Part shown: in pieces, positions 12,871 through 28,860 of the stretch
Numbering within the stretch: position 1 is the first letter of the stretch
Layout of the letters: every line of letters begins with the position of its first letter
NCBI RefSeq assembly: GCF_009914755.1
Contig: NC_060934.1
Source: the human T2T-CHM13v2.0 reference genome, Homo sapiens
Direction: 5' to 3' (one strand)
Length of the DNA stretch: 64,000 bases
Position numbers and translations under genes: made by a program
The notes under the pieces: model-generated
What the model saw: the letters and a program-made list of their open reading frames with translations, nothing else
Databases searched by the model: none
What the model was told of the DNA's origin: nothing

Positions 12871-15532
12871 GGTAGGCCAGGACCCAGAAAGCCTTGACAA
12901 GGGGATATGCTGGGGTGGAGTCATTGTAGAGGGGAGGATAGGGCAGCAACTACCTGGTCCCTGTTTGGCCTTATAGCCCTCTACCCTCTCACTTTCCACC
13001 CTGGGACCCCCTTCCCCACCTCACACACATGTAGGTCTCTAAGGAGCAAGACAGTCCCTTCCTGCCCCCATCCTCAGCAGCAGCTCTCTCCCCTTCCATC
13101 CCATATTTGCTCCACATGAGTACCCAATGGGCCACTGGCATAAACCAAAGAAGAGGTCATTAGCACCTGCCGGGCTGCCCCTCCCCTGAAGACACCCCTG
13201 TCTGAAGGTTCATCTGTCTCCATGAAGGTGAGAGGTGGTGCCCCAGGATTTCAGAGATCAGTAGAAGAGTCAGAAATCCAGCTGCAGAGCCCTAGGAAGA
13301 GACAGATAAAGCAGGCCCAGCTGACACATGAGACACACATCAGAGCCTGAGGGAGCCGAGAGTGTTGCCGCTGGGGCTTCGGGAGAAGTCACAGGCAAGA
13401 AGAACGGCTTGGGCAAGGCTCCCTCTCAGACCACACGGACTGTGCAGAGCTGTAATTAGGTCAGTTCTGCCCACCCACTGGTCTGCTATTCCAGGCCCAG
13501 CCTCCTGTAATAACTCTTGGGCCCAGCCAGTAGCTATTCAGGAATCAGGGGCTCTCCCGAGCTCACTAAATGGCCTAAGTACAGGGGCAGAAGCTCCTGG
13601 TCAGCACCGAAGCCCTAACCCCTCCTTCCCATCAACCCTCCTCTCATCTGAAGCAGGGCTCCAGGCAGTCAGCTCAGCTCAGCAAAACCCTGTGCCCACT
13701 TCTGCATCCCCCTCCCGTCCCCTTCCTCAGCTTGGATCAGTTTCCAAAGGCAGCAATGGGGAGGTGGCAGGCAGGGGTCGAAGAGGCTCTGGGATTAGCA
13801 GTGTCTTTCCCATGCTTGGCTTCTCCAAAATCAAAGAATTCCTCCATCTGATTGGATTTACCCTAAGTCACAGGCGTGTGGGACCTTCTTTCCCTCAGCA
13901 ACAGCTGGAAACAGCCCTAAATATGATTAATTAACGCTGTAAAAAGCCCTGGACACAATTAAGATTTATGTGTATGCGTGTGTGTGTAAGTGCACATACC
14001 TGTGCGTGTGTTGCAGGGGAGTGGGTTGTTGGGGGTACTCGAGTGGGGGGAGCACGGGTGGATTACCAACCACCTCCAGGGCCCTCTGGGGGAGTAGAAT
14101 GACATTTCCTCAGAGACATTCCTTTGACATCTATCCCAGACAGGGGTCATTTTATCCAGCCTCCAGCTTTTGAGTAGATTAGCCCTTCTCTGTCCCAGGG
14201 GCACGGGGCTATATTCTTTTCTCTCTTCTCTGGCCAATGAGGGGAGTTGGGGGTGGTTCTGGGGCAGGTGCCTCATCTTTCCTCTACCACAGCAGTATAT
14301 TCTCCGTCAAACCTCAATTCCTCTTGCTGGGTCACTCTAGGCATCAGGGACACATACACAGTCCCCAAACATAGCTGCACTGACACAGCCCAAATGGGAC
14401 ATAAAATAGGAACCTCAGAGGAATCTGAATAAATGAGCTGCCGGACAAACCTCTTGCCCTTGGAGATAGTTCACTTTCATCCTCAAAGACTCACGTCTCC
14501 AAGACAAGACAGAGGTCCTTGGACTTTCTCCTCACCTCTAAGATGACAAAACCTTATTTGTTGGGCCCTCTACTGCCTCCTGGCCCACCCCCATGTGATT
14601 GGGTACTCATTCTCTAACGTGGTGACATCCCAGCTTCAAAAAGATGCTGGTGATGATCGACATTATTTATAATCATGAAAAGGAAAGGGACAGGAGCACA
14701 GAAAACTCCAGTGAATCATTCGGAAATCAGTTATCAGGATCTTTGCAAGAGTCTTGGATTTCAATTTATTTTCTTTTATTTATTGCAACTGATTGATCTA
14801 CTTCTGTTTTGCTGAAATGACTAAGCCTAGGAAGAGGTTGCTTAGGTTCTAGCACTGATGGCCAAAGAGGAAATGTACCAGAAAGAGCATGGAAAAACCC
14901 CAGACTCTACATCCCCTCTTGGGATCCTTCTGGGGTCAATGGCCTGAGTACCTGGGGCTTCTGATTTATGGCATGGTCCCCCGGGGAGGAACCCAGGAGG
15001 TCTTGCGGATGCCTAGGTATTCCTTGGGAGAGGAGCTTCACATATCCTGGTGGAGTTATTAACAAACATGGATTAAATCACTGGGACTAGAGTTCAACTT
15101 CCTGATATCAAGGCTAAGTAGGGCCAAGGGAGTGTGTAGACTCTCCGTGCCACGTGTCTCCATGAAGAGGACCACCCTTGCCTGGAGGCAGGAGAATGGC
15201 AGAGATGAACTTTCAGTGACCGTTTCTAGGACCCTGAGATTTTAGGAGCTTTTGTAGAATTTCTGAATTTGTAGCTGGTGACTGAGTAGAGGAGCTAAGT
15301 TCCACTCCAGAGCTCCAGAGTGAAAGGTGTGCCTTAAAGAGGGGAAAGGGGAATCAATTTTCCCCTGAAGCCCCAGTACAGGCTTGTTGTGAGGATCAAA
15401 AGAGCAGGAGGGTATGTCCTGAGGTCCCCAGATGCATGTGTGATGCTGCTACTACAGGGGTCAGCTGTGCAGAGCACCCCCACCCCCACCATTCCCATTC
15501 ACACCCTTTGGGTTCTATAGAGTTCCACTCCT

Positions 15533-15720
15533 ATCACCTCTCGGTCTTTTGGCTAAGATCAAATGTAGTATGTTTTTACCAGCTTAACATCTGATACATC
15601 CTCTATCTGAGGACAATATATTAAATGGGTTTTTTGAGCAGGGGGATGGAAAAGGAGCTTGCTTCATCCACTCCTATGCATCAACCTGGTATTGCAGGAC
15701 CTCCAGGAATGGTGCATCAC
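15533..15720 (+). pseudogene. U2 snRNA pseudogene (RNU2-type retrocopy), full length
   Basis: Colinear with U2 from ATCACCTCTCGGTCTTTTGGCTAAGATCAA to ATTGCAGGACCTCCAGGAATGGTGCA; branch-point motif GTAGTA at 15565-15570; degraded Sm site, many CpG transitions; 13-bp TSD AGAGTTCCACTCC at 15519-15531 and 15734-15746. Confidence 0.95.
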
Positions 15721-17199
15721 CAGGGTGCAAGAGAGAGTTCCACTCCCAGAGAGAGGGGTGAGGGGATGAGATGGTGTGAGTAGCAGACTTGGGTGCCAGT
15801 GAGCAAACAAGGAAGAGGAGGCAAGAGGTGGGAGGCTGGCAGGAGGTGGACAGGAAGGCAGGCTGCCTGGAGATGGGCCACTCCCTTGTGAGTGTCCTCG
15901 TGCTTTCCTTACAGATGCTCTACTCATTTGGAGCATGGTATTTGCTCTGCACATCCTCATAGGTCAGTGTATCTGCACATGTGGTATCTCTCTACTCTGT
16001 GATAATGCTTGGTGACCATGTGGCTGAGGATACCTGTGTGAAGAACAAGAAACTAGGGGTTGCCCATAGAGCACTTGGGTGTTTGGTTTGATGAGCACAG
16101 TGTTTAAAACAAACATGAAATTGAATACCTGTAGGAAAACATGTGCTTCTCAGGTGCAGCCATAGACCCTGCCACTCTACTGCATTTCACTACTTGCGTC
16201 ACTTATATAATCTGCCTAGCACTAAAGCCTTGACTCTGTGATCTCTTGAAGAAAAGGAGATAGGCCCCTACTTGCCCATCAGTTGGCTTCTGAGTCATTA
16301 GCTTCCCTCAGAGATAATGGCTGGGGTCCAGCCACCAGCTTCTCTGGGACTAAAGGTACTGGAAGCCACTTTTTTTCTTGAGTCAAAGACATCTGTATAA
16401 GAGAAGCAAACAAGTCCCAACCTTCTACGAGAGAGGGGTCCAAGATCATACAGTGATACTAGACTCCAGGTTGCCTCTGTGGGACTCCAAAACCTCTATT
16501 TTGCACACTGCCTCTTGCCTTCATCAAGTGGGTTTGAGCTGAGGCTGAGATATGAGAGCTAGAAGGAGAATAAGCCCAGAGACCCTGAGGGACACACTTG
16601 TTTCCAACTGGTGTGTCCTGGACATGGGCCTCTGCCAGAGGATGGAAAGGGATTTGGCCTGACATGCTGCTGGGATGGGCATTGGGTAGACTGCTTGCTC
16701 AGTCCATTGTGTAGCCTCTCAGGTAGGCAGAGCCCTCCTTCCTGCCCAGTGTCATATCACCAAACTGCCCCATCCCCCATCTCCCTGGGAGAAAAGGAAG
16801 TTTGGAGGCCCGAAGGAGGATCAATTCTATTTTGTTTTGGAAGCTTGGAAGAGTAGCTGGAAACATGTGGGGCTTGGTTTGAGGCTGGGGACAGGGCTGG
16901 CTCTTAGTATCTGCTTCATCCTTGCAATCAGCTTTCCAGAACTCTCAGTGGAGCTTATACGGTCAGGCTCTACCACAGGGGACCCATACTAAGACCATAT
17001 CTATCCCTGGGATGCCCCCATGTAGGCAGCAGCTTCTAAGACAAGAATCTTGATATAAGCCTTTTATTTGGCTTCTAAGAAGCTTAGGATGGCAATGGGA
17101 ATGTAAGAAAGGGTGAACTTTGTAAGGGAGCTGATCTTTTATAGCTGCTGTTTACTGAGTGTTAGATTTTGGTTTTTTTTTTTTTTTTGAGTTTTTTTG

Positions 17200-17390
17200 G
17201 TCATTTATTTTGTGTCAGACAGTGAACTGAGCCTTTTACTTACTTTATTTCATTAAATGTTTATAACCATCCGGTGAGGTAAGTGATATTATCTCCTATT
17301 GCTCAGATAAGGAGATTGAGAATCTAAGAGGTTAAAAACCAGTCCAGAACAACACAGCTATTAACTGGGGAATCTGGCTGTTTCCACTCA
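17200..17390 (-). mobile_element. MIR SINE
   Basis: GTGAGGTAAGTGATATTATCTCC...CAGATAAGGAGATTGAG...AGAGGTTAA resembles the reverse MIR core. Confidence 0.7.
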
Positions 17391-17453
17391 AGGGCACTCC
17401 CTTCCTCAATCAATACAAAACCTGAGGTCAATGGGCAAGGTGGGGGGTAGGGT

Positions 17454-17637
17454 AGGGTTACCAGATTTAGCAAATAAAAATACAGGATGCCCAATTAAAT
17501 TTGAATTTCAGACAAACAACAAATACTTAAGTATAAGTATATCCCAAATAGTGCATGGGATATACTTATACTAAAAATTTATTGTCTGTCTGAAATTCAA
17601 ATTTAATCAGGTGTCCTGTATTTTATCTGGCACTTCT
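17454..17637. mobile_element. MER53 palindromic DNA-transposon MITE
   Basis: AGGGTTACCAGATTTAGCAAATAAAAATACAGGA...TCCTGTATTTTATCTGGCA; element-long inverted repeat with a perfect 17-bp central stem. Confidence 0.9.
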
Positions 17638-18008
17638 TGGCGGGAAGTGGGGTGACAGCCTGGCCCAGCTCTGCCCCCGTTTCCTAAGAAAGTCCTGAGG
17701 GGTACAGGCCTCAAGTAAGGGATGGTCTGAGCTCAATTAGATTGTGCAGGCTGGGCTGACAGCCCTTTTCTCCCTTCTTGAGTGTGGCTAGGAAAAGGCA
17801 GGGCTTGGAGTCTAGGCTACCCTGTCCAGCCTCCCAGGCTCTGTGCTGAGGACGTCAGAGATCACACCCATTTACCAATCAATCAAAAGGGATTTTTCAT
17901 CCCAGTACTAGGCTGCTCAACAGACCAAGCAAACCACAAGTGGTGCACCAGCACAGCAGGGATCTCCGAAAAAGAAATGAAAAATTAAAGAAAAAAATCA
18001 AGACATTT

Positions 18009-18290
18009 GGCTGGGCGCGGTGGCTCACGCCTGTAATCCCAACACTTTGGGAGGCTGAGGCAGGCGGATCACCTGAGGTCAGGAGATCTGTCTCTACTAA
18101 AAATACAAAATTAGCCGGGTGTGGTGGCGTGCGCCTTTAATCTCAGCTAATCAGGAGGCTGAGGCAGGAGAATCACTTGAACCCAGGAGGCGGAGGTTGC
18201 AGTGAGCTGAGATCTATTGCATTCCATCCTGGGCAAAAAGAGCGAAACTCCATCTCAATTAAAAAAAAAAAAAAAAAAAAGGAAAAAAAA
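18009..18290 (+). mobile_element. Alu SINE (AluS) with internal left-arm deletion
   Basis: GGTCAGGAGAT joins directly to CTGTCTCTACTAAAA; A-tail present. Confidence 0.9.
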
Positions 18291-18449
18291 ATTTCAAGCT
18301 GTCCGCATGGGAAAGGATGAAACCTTCCTGGCATTCACTGTACGATTTAGCACTGAATTAGACCGTGCGGGTGAGGTTGGAGTCAATCTGCTCAAGGTTT
18401 AGAAAGGTCTAGCCCAGCCCTGCATTTGGGGCACCAGCTTCTCTTCTTT

Positions 18450-18970
18450 TCCCTTCCGGGGAGTCTAACTCTGGGCGGGCCTGAGAGGGGGCAGATGGTG
18501 GGAGGGGCTCCTTCTGACCCCTAAGTCCCCAAGCTCTCCAGCCCCCCGCTGCCCGACCCGCGTCAGGCCTCGGGCTGGGCTCGGGCCCCAGGCGCTGCCC
18601 CGGCTCCCTCTCTGGTTCCTGGCCTCCGTCCTCCGCAGCTGAGCCCCGCTCGGCTCCACCCCAGGCTCTATCGCCTGCTCTGTCGCCTGCTCCATCGCTG
18701 GCTCCCGATCTGGCTCCCGTTCCCACTCCCCGCCCGGTGTGCTCAGCTTGCTCGGGGCGTCTCCCTACTGAAGAATTATGTTGCATAAAGCAGCCGCCAC
18801 CATCTTGAACTGGCAGTGAACTTTGCTTTCTACATATAAATACAGATAGCAATCACACCCCAATCAGCGCAGAGGCTTCAGGGCATCATCTCAGCAACTC
18901 TAACTTTCCCATTACGATAATGTGATTTTCACTCAGTCTATAATATCACCAGCCATGAATAAAGCAACTG
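18450..18970. promoter_or_regulatory. Small CpG-rich island with degenerate 12-bp tandem repeat and adjacent AT-rich unique block
   Basis: CpG cluster 18540-18760; ~12-bp units (GGCTCTATCGCC, TGCTCTGTCGCC, TGCTCCATCGCT, GGCTCCCGATCT) at 18664-18720. Confidence 0.5.
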
Positions 18971-19889
18971 GCTCTTTCTATCTCTCTCTTCCCTCCCCCC
19001 TTTCTCTGCCTCTCTCCCACCCACTTCAGTCTTTCTTTTCCTCCTTCACACCCTCCTCTTCTGTCTCTCTGCAACCCCTCCTGGTGATCTCTGAGTCTCT
19101 GAGCACCTCCGCCTTCCTCTCCCACTGCCTCTTTCTCCCCCTCATCCTCTGGGACTCACATTCCCTAAATACTAATGGCAGGGATTTGCTGTGCCCCATG
19201 GCTCAGTTAAGTTCTGCTCCCCAGCTCTGCCATCATCTGCCTTTGCCTGAAGGTGAGAAACTGCGGAGTGGGGGTGGGGTGGCCAGCTAGGCTTTCCGGG
19301 AGGGTGAGGAGCTTGGAGCGGACTCAGCTCCTTCGCTTTTCTCTCCCTCTTTCCTTAGGTACCAGGATGGCTCTCTGCAAGGATTCCCACCAGGAATGCC
19401 AAAGCCAGAGACTTAGGGACCAAAGGACCCAGAAGGGAGATCTGAAAAATTCCTGCTTAGGGGCGGGTCCTGGAGGCTCTGATTTTTCTGGGTATTGAGG
19501 GACCCAAACTCAACCAGATTCCAAATGCCAGACGATTGTGAGTAGATACAGCTGGTGAGAGGGTGCTCTGGAGACGCCTGCAGAAAAGAGAGGAAACTGG
19601 CCCAGCCTCCTAGAGACACTTCTGAGTACGGCTCGGTCCTGAGCCTGACGGCAGTCCAGGCTGTAGCTGCCTTTGCCAGGACATGTGATAAAGGCCCGCA
19701 GATCCTTGATCAAGGTGTCAGCCACTTTGTCGGAGCTCCTGGAAAGGGCTTCTCTTTCCTTCATGGACATTCTCCAGGTTGGTAGTGGTTCTGGCGGGGG
19801 AATTTTCTGTGCCTCTGGTCACTCATGTGTCTATCCCCCCTGAGTTTGTATGCCAGTTCTTTTAAACTAGCGTTGGGATCATGGACAGT

Positions 19890-20300
19890 GCTCTTATCTT
19901 CCCTAAGCCTCAGTGTCCTCATCTATAAAACGGGCATAATAATATACCTACTGAATAAAATAATGTATGTGAAGTGCTTCACACTGTGCTCAGCACATTG
20001 TTAAATGTTCAATAAATGCTAGCAATTATTACTATCAGCAATTATTGAATAATCATCTGCTATGTCTTTGACACAGGGCACCATGGAGGTTAGGAGCCTG
20101 GGGTTTGGAGACAGATGATCTGAGTTTGAATCCTGGCTTAACGCTTATTAACTTTGTGGTCTTGGAAAAGTCACAGCTTCTCTGAGACTCAGTTTCCCCA
20201 TCTGTAACAGGAATAATAATAGTCCCTACTTCATAGGGTTGTCGTGAGGGTTACTCAAGCTCATCTAGTGCTTGGCACAGTGTTGATATGTGACAAGAGC
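19890..20300 (+). mobile_element. Two tandem MIR SINE fragments
   Basis: GCCTCAGTGTCCTCATCTATAAAACGGG and GAGACTCAGTTTCCCCATCTGTAA...CATAGGGTTGTCGTGAGG cores. Confidence 0.8.
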
Positions 20301-20901
20301 TCTTGAATATTCTCAAGGGTCACTGTGTATCCAGCCATGAGTAAGGCCAACACTGTCCTGGCTGTCCTGTAGACCACACCCTCTCTGTGGGTTATTGTCT
20401 GGGCCCTTGACTTTTTCTAGGCAAGTGTCCATTAATGGCCTTGTCTTTTCACTCCTGTGGAGGATGAGGACTTGCTTCAATTTCCCTAGCTATAAGAACT
20501 GCACCTTTTCAGTTGCCCTCCTTTCTGCGGTTGGAGCTAGGACTCCTGCCCAGCCCCTTTCCTGGTTGAGGAGAGAAGGTGACCCTTGAATCTGCTCTCT
20601 TAGGCAGGGGAGACAAATTAGAATCAGACATCCTCATTCTGTCCATTTCTGTAGCTCTAAGTGTTTGGGGGTCAGTTTGCTTGCTTGCTTTTAGTTTCTC
20701 TTGGTTTCTCTCTGAAGGCTCCTTTGGAGCCATTCCAAGCTGATTTCATGTGAAAGAGGGGAAAGAAGATTCTACTCACCTCAGCTGAGCCAGGAGGGGC
20801 CTCGGGAGTATGGCAGTGAGAGCTCCCAGCTCTGGGACCTAGAGAGCCAGTATCACTGAGGCAGACTCAGGGAGGAAGCTAGGGGTAGAGTGCCTGGCTA
20901 G

Positions 20902-21327
<426 letters not shown>

Positions 21328-21479
21328 TAAGGGAACTGAATCACCTGTAAACTCATGACAGAATGCGGAGTCTGGTCTCCTCCCTATGCCTAACTCCACT
21401 GCTCACAGACAGGGTCCATGCCTTCCAGGTGATATTGCCCAGTATTGGGGGACAGGCATGAGAACATGGAAGGGAAGCA

Positions 21480-24157
<2,678 letters not shown>

Positions 24158-24170
24158 AGACTTGGAGGGA

Positions 24171-24622
<452 letters not shown>

Positions 24623-24659
24623 TCAAGAAGGGAGAGTTCAAAAGCATCAAATGATGGAG

Positions 24660-24880
24660 AATAATAGTAGTTAACACCTACCCAGTACTTATCCTGGCTT
24701 TACGTGAATTCACTGAGTCTTCCTGAGACCCTATGAGGCAAGTATTATTATCATTGCCATTTTGAACATAATAAAACTGAGGCATAGGTACTTGCCCTAG
24801 CTCATACAACTAGTAAGCAGAAACCAGGCTTCAAGCCCAGGCAGGCCACTACCAAATGTGTGCTACACCACCTCTCTTGC
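24660..24880 (-). mobile_element. MIR SINE
   Basis: CCCTATGAGGCAAGTATTATTATC...AAACTGAGGCATAG...CAACTAGTAAG. Confidence 0.75.
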
Positions 24881-24943
24881 AGAGGGCCAAGTGACATGCA
24901 CACCGTTCGTGCTTTTTAGCAGTGTAGCCTTCCAACGGCCCAG

Positions 24944-25113
24944 CTCTCTTCTCCTTTTCTCTTCTCTTCTCCTTTTCTCTTCTCTTCTCTTCTCTCCTTC
25001 CTTCCTTCCTTTCTTCCCTCCCTCCCTTCTTTCCTTCCCTCCCTCCCTCCCTCCCTTCCTTCCTTCCTTCCTTCCTTCCTTCCTTGCTTCCTTCCTTCCT
25101 TCCTTCCTTCCTC
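24944..25113. repeat. (CTCTT)n/(CCTT)n/(CCCT)n polypyrimidine microsatellite
   Basis: Seen directly in sequence. Confidence 0.95.
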
Positions 25114-25462
25114 TCAGTCTAGGTCCCTAAGGCAGCTTTTTTCACCTCCCTGGCCTTCTCCTGGTGACTGGGCTAAGTGGAGCTGGTTCTCCTCCCTTAC
25201 TCTTGGAGGGACAACAAAGTCCACCCTTAGGAGATGGCCACAGTGAGCCTGCATTCATCAGCCTGAGCGAGCAAGCACCCTTTGAAGTCTCCAGAGTCTA
25301 GGAGGGTGGGGGGTTGGGAGAGGGGTGCAGAGGGAAAAGGATCTGATCCTCCTGGGAAGTTAAGTCTCCTGAGAAGTGATGCAGGAAGATTTTGAGGAGG
25401 AAAGAGACTGGAATCTACATTCACAGTAGAGGTGATGTAAGTGCGGCCTCCAGGCCCCAGAG

Positions 25463-25640
25463 CAGTGGTTCTCAACCAGCCTGACTGTTAGAATTAAGGA
25501 GAGGGGAGTGTTAAAAATATACCAAAAGTGCCACCTCCAGAATAATTGGATCAGAATCTCTGGGAATGGAGCTCAGGCACTGATGGTTTTTAAAAGTTCC
25601 CCAGCTGATTCTAATGTGTAGCCAGCGCTGAGAACAGCAG
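25463..25640. mobile_element. MER5-family (hAT-Charlie) MITE
   Basis: CAGTGGTTCTCAACC...CAGAATCTCTGGG...GCTGATTCTAATGTG...GAGAACAGCAG. Confidence 0.8.
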
Positions 25641-26086
25641 CCTGGAGAAAAGAGCTCTGAATAAATACAAAAAGACCACGGTTCTACACTCCAACTTTAT
25701 CACTTCCTAGCTGGGTGGTCTTGGGCAACCCATTAGACGTCTTTGAGCCTCTCTTACTCATTTCTGTAAAATGGGCATAGTAATGTCCACCATGCCTACC
25801 TTAAACAGATTGTTATGATGCTGAGGTAGACTTGGATGTGATATACTTTGTTAATTATGTAGGGTACTGTGTGAAAGTAGGTGGAATTAACTCAGACAGA
25901 CAAAAGGACAAATAAGCACTTGTGTTCATTTTGCACAGGTAGAGGCACTTGAGTGAGTACACACACACACACACCTCACAGAGAGTTGCTGGTTGGATTT
26001 TGAAAGCAGAACTGTGGTTTTCTAGTCATGGTCTTTTATGTTTTTAGCCTTCAGAATATGCCATTAAAATATGGAAAGATGATCTG

Positions 26087-26090
26087 GTGT

Positions 26091-26130
<40 letters not shown>
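26087..26130. repeat. (TG)n microsatellite
   Basis: Seen directly in sequence. Confidence 0.95.
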
Positions 26131-26132
<2 letters not shown>

Positions 26133-26684
26133 AAATGATTGTTAAAGTGTAGCATCATTTGAGTCCGCCTGTCAGCCTATCAGAAACGTCATCTATAACC
26201 TTCACTGTTTGCAGTTTAATCTCCCCTGCCTCCCCGCGGGCCCTGTTCTGACATTTTAAACCCCATAAATGACAGTAGTGCTCTAAGCCATTTTGAAAAA
26301 AGCCAAGCATTTGGAAAAAACACACATAGAGACATCCCCCTAAATTCCCCTTCCTGTGAACACATGCTCATTCATGCTCATAAGTCGAATCACACACACG
26401 TTCACACCCCTGCACTGGCCAATTTGAGAGAAGTCACAGATACTGGTACTAGCCAACAAAATACACATGTGATGGCAGGACACAGGTGTGTCGAAGCATG
26501 GCTGTGTGTCTGGCCCGTGCATGAACTCCAGTGGACACACAGCAGGGACACCTTTCTTTTCTCATTCTCAAGTTCCAACCATTCTTCTGCTCCTTGGCTT
26601 TGAAAGGGAACGAAAGGATCCAGCATCCTTGGAAGGCTGGCACTGGGAGCTGTTTCCTGTAATTTGGAGTTAGAAACCAATAGG

Positions 26685-27227
<543 letters not shown>

Positions 27228-28459
27228 TCACGGGATGAACATGTGAGTGTACAAGAAGGTGGTATAAGATGTTAATTGTGAACTCTGTAAGAACAGGGCC
27301 CTGCCAACTCCTGGATATATCCCTAGAGTCTGGCACAGGGTCTACAACATAGCAGAGGCTTGCAAGTACTTGCTGAATGAATGACAAAGAATCTGAAGCT
27401 CTTGATGGCAGGCCTGGCTCCTGTGGCTCTCCCTCCCACCAGCTCAAGTCATCATGTACTTTAAGGAACTTGTTTCCAAGGCAACCAATTAGAGTCAGAA
27501 AGTGAGGGCTGTGACGTCAGGCAAGGATAGGGGGTGGGTGGAGAAACTGCCATCCCCCATATCCCTAGCTCCCAGCTCAGTCTCTGCAGCCTTGAAGGGA
27601 ACACTTCTGAAAAGAGGAAAAGACAGAGGGCATTGCCCTCCTGAGAGTACACTTCTGGGTCAGGGCTCAGGAATAGGGACTATGTTGGAGATCTGATTCA
27701 TCTGGCAGTGTCCCTACCTGCTACCGCATTCCAAAATGCTGATAAGCCTGTGGGTCCAGCAGTGAGACAGTGTAGGCATACTAGAAGGGTAACAGTAGTT
27801 GGGGACCACTGCCCATGCTCCTCCCTGTCGCCTAGGAGGGAGAGATCTTAGGCTTTCTTTCTTTGGGGGACCTGTAAACAAGGCCCAGAAGGAAGGAAGT
27901 CTTGGCTCAAAGGGGAGGAGATGCTGCTCTCAGGCCTCACTTGAGACCTTTCTGTCTGCCCCCTGGAAAGGATGTATGTTTTGGTTTATGAGAGGAAAGT
28001 ATACACTTTAAATAAGAGTAGGAAGCCAACAAGGAATGCATTTGGAGAGTGTAGCGGAGACAATCCAATGAGCGGTAGCTCACAGATTCTTTCTTGGAGC
28101 AGAGAATGAGATGTGAGTAACAAAACTGCAGCAATTTGAACCCCTAGATCCTTGAGATCATGTTAGGCTTCCCAAGGGACAAGTCTGGCCAATTTGGGAA
28201 GGTCATTCTAATCAGAAGATAAAAAGCAGAATGCAAAGGACCTTGTCCTTAGGGTACAATGAGAATACTGGGCATTCACTTGTTGAACTTCCTGGCCAAA
28301 CTATGATAAGCCTCCACACCAGCTGGGTAGGCCCTGCTGTGAAGACGATGAAAATGATGATGCTGACAATGATAAATAGCAGCTATATTTTTCATGGCAC
28401 TGTACTTTACCAAATACCTTTATTGTCGTGGTAGCTCTTTTGATAAGTAGGGCCGGAAT

Positions 28460-28860
28460 TGTCCCCAGGTGTGGTTCTGGAAGCAGACTTGGAGATGGCA
28501 AGTACTGTGCAGGAGCTTCACTGGAGAGTGCTCTGGGAAGGTGCTAGAAGTGCAGGACTGGGCAATGGAGAAGTGGGGTTGTGCTGCAGTCTCAAAAAAG
28601 GCCTTGACTGACTGCAGGGGGCTCTGAAGCTGGACGGCCCTTCAGAACCATCCTGAGTAGGAGAGAGGCAGCTGGGCCTTCACACACCCCTGGTGACCAG
28701 TCACTGGATGCAGGCTGCCCCAGAAAAGGGGCATGACCTTAGGCAGGGCAGCACTCTTCAGCAGAGGCAAATCCAAGGAAGGCTGACAGGCAAGGGTGGC
28801 AGCTTAGGGGACCGTCCTTCAGTATGGAAGGGGAATGCGGCCTGACACCATGGCACCTAC
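28460..28860. mobile_element. LTR16-family (ERVL) LTR
   Basis: GAAGCAGACTTGGAGATGG...GCTCTGAAGCTGGACGGCCCTTCAGA...CCAGTCACTGGATGCAGGCTGCCCC...GCATGACCTTAGGCAGGGCAGC. Confidence 0.7.

Noticed and set aside
13362-13934. 190-aa ORF in unique sequence
   Set aside because: Non-ATG start, no recognisable homology or exon context; within chance expectation for GC-rich DNA.
14962-14971. Second TGATTTATGG PBX-HOX word
   Set aside because: Isolated in unremarkable context, so a chance match is plausible.
16040-16250. Possible old hAT (MER102-like) fragment
   Set aside because: Too diverged to assign by eye.
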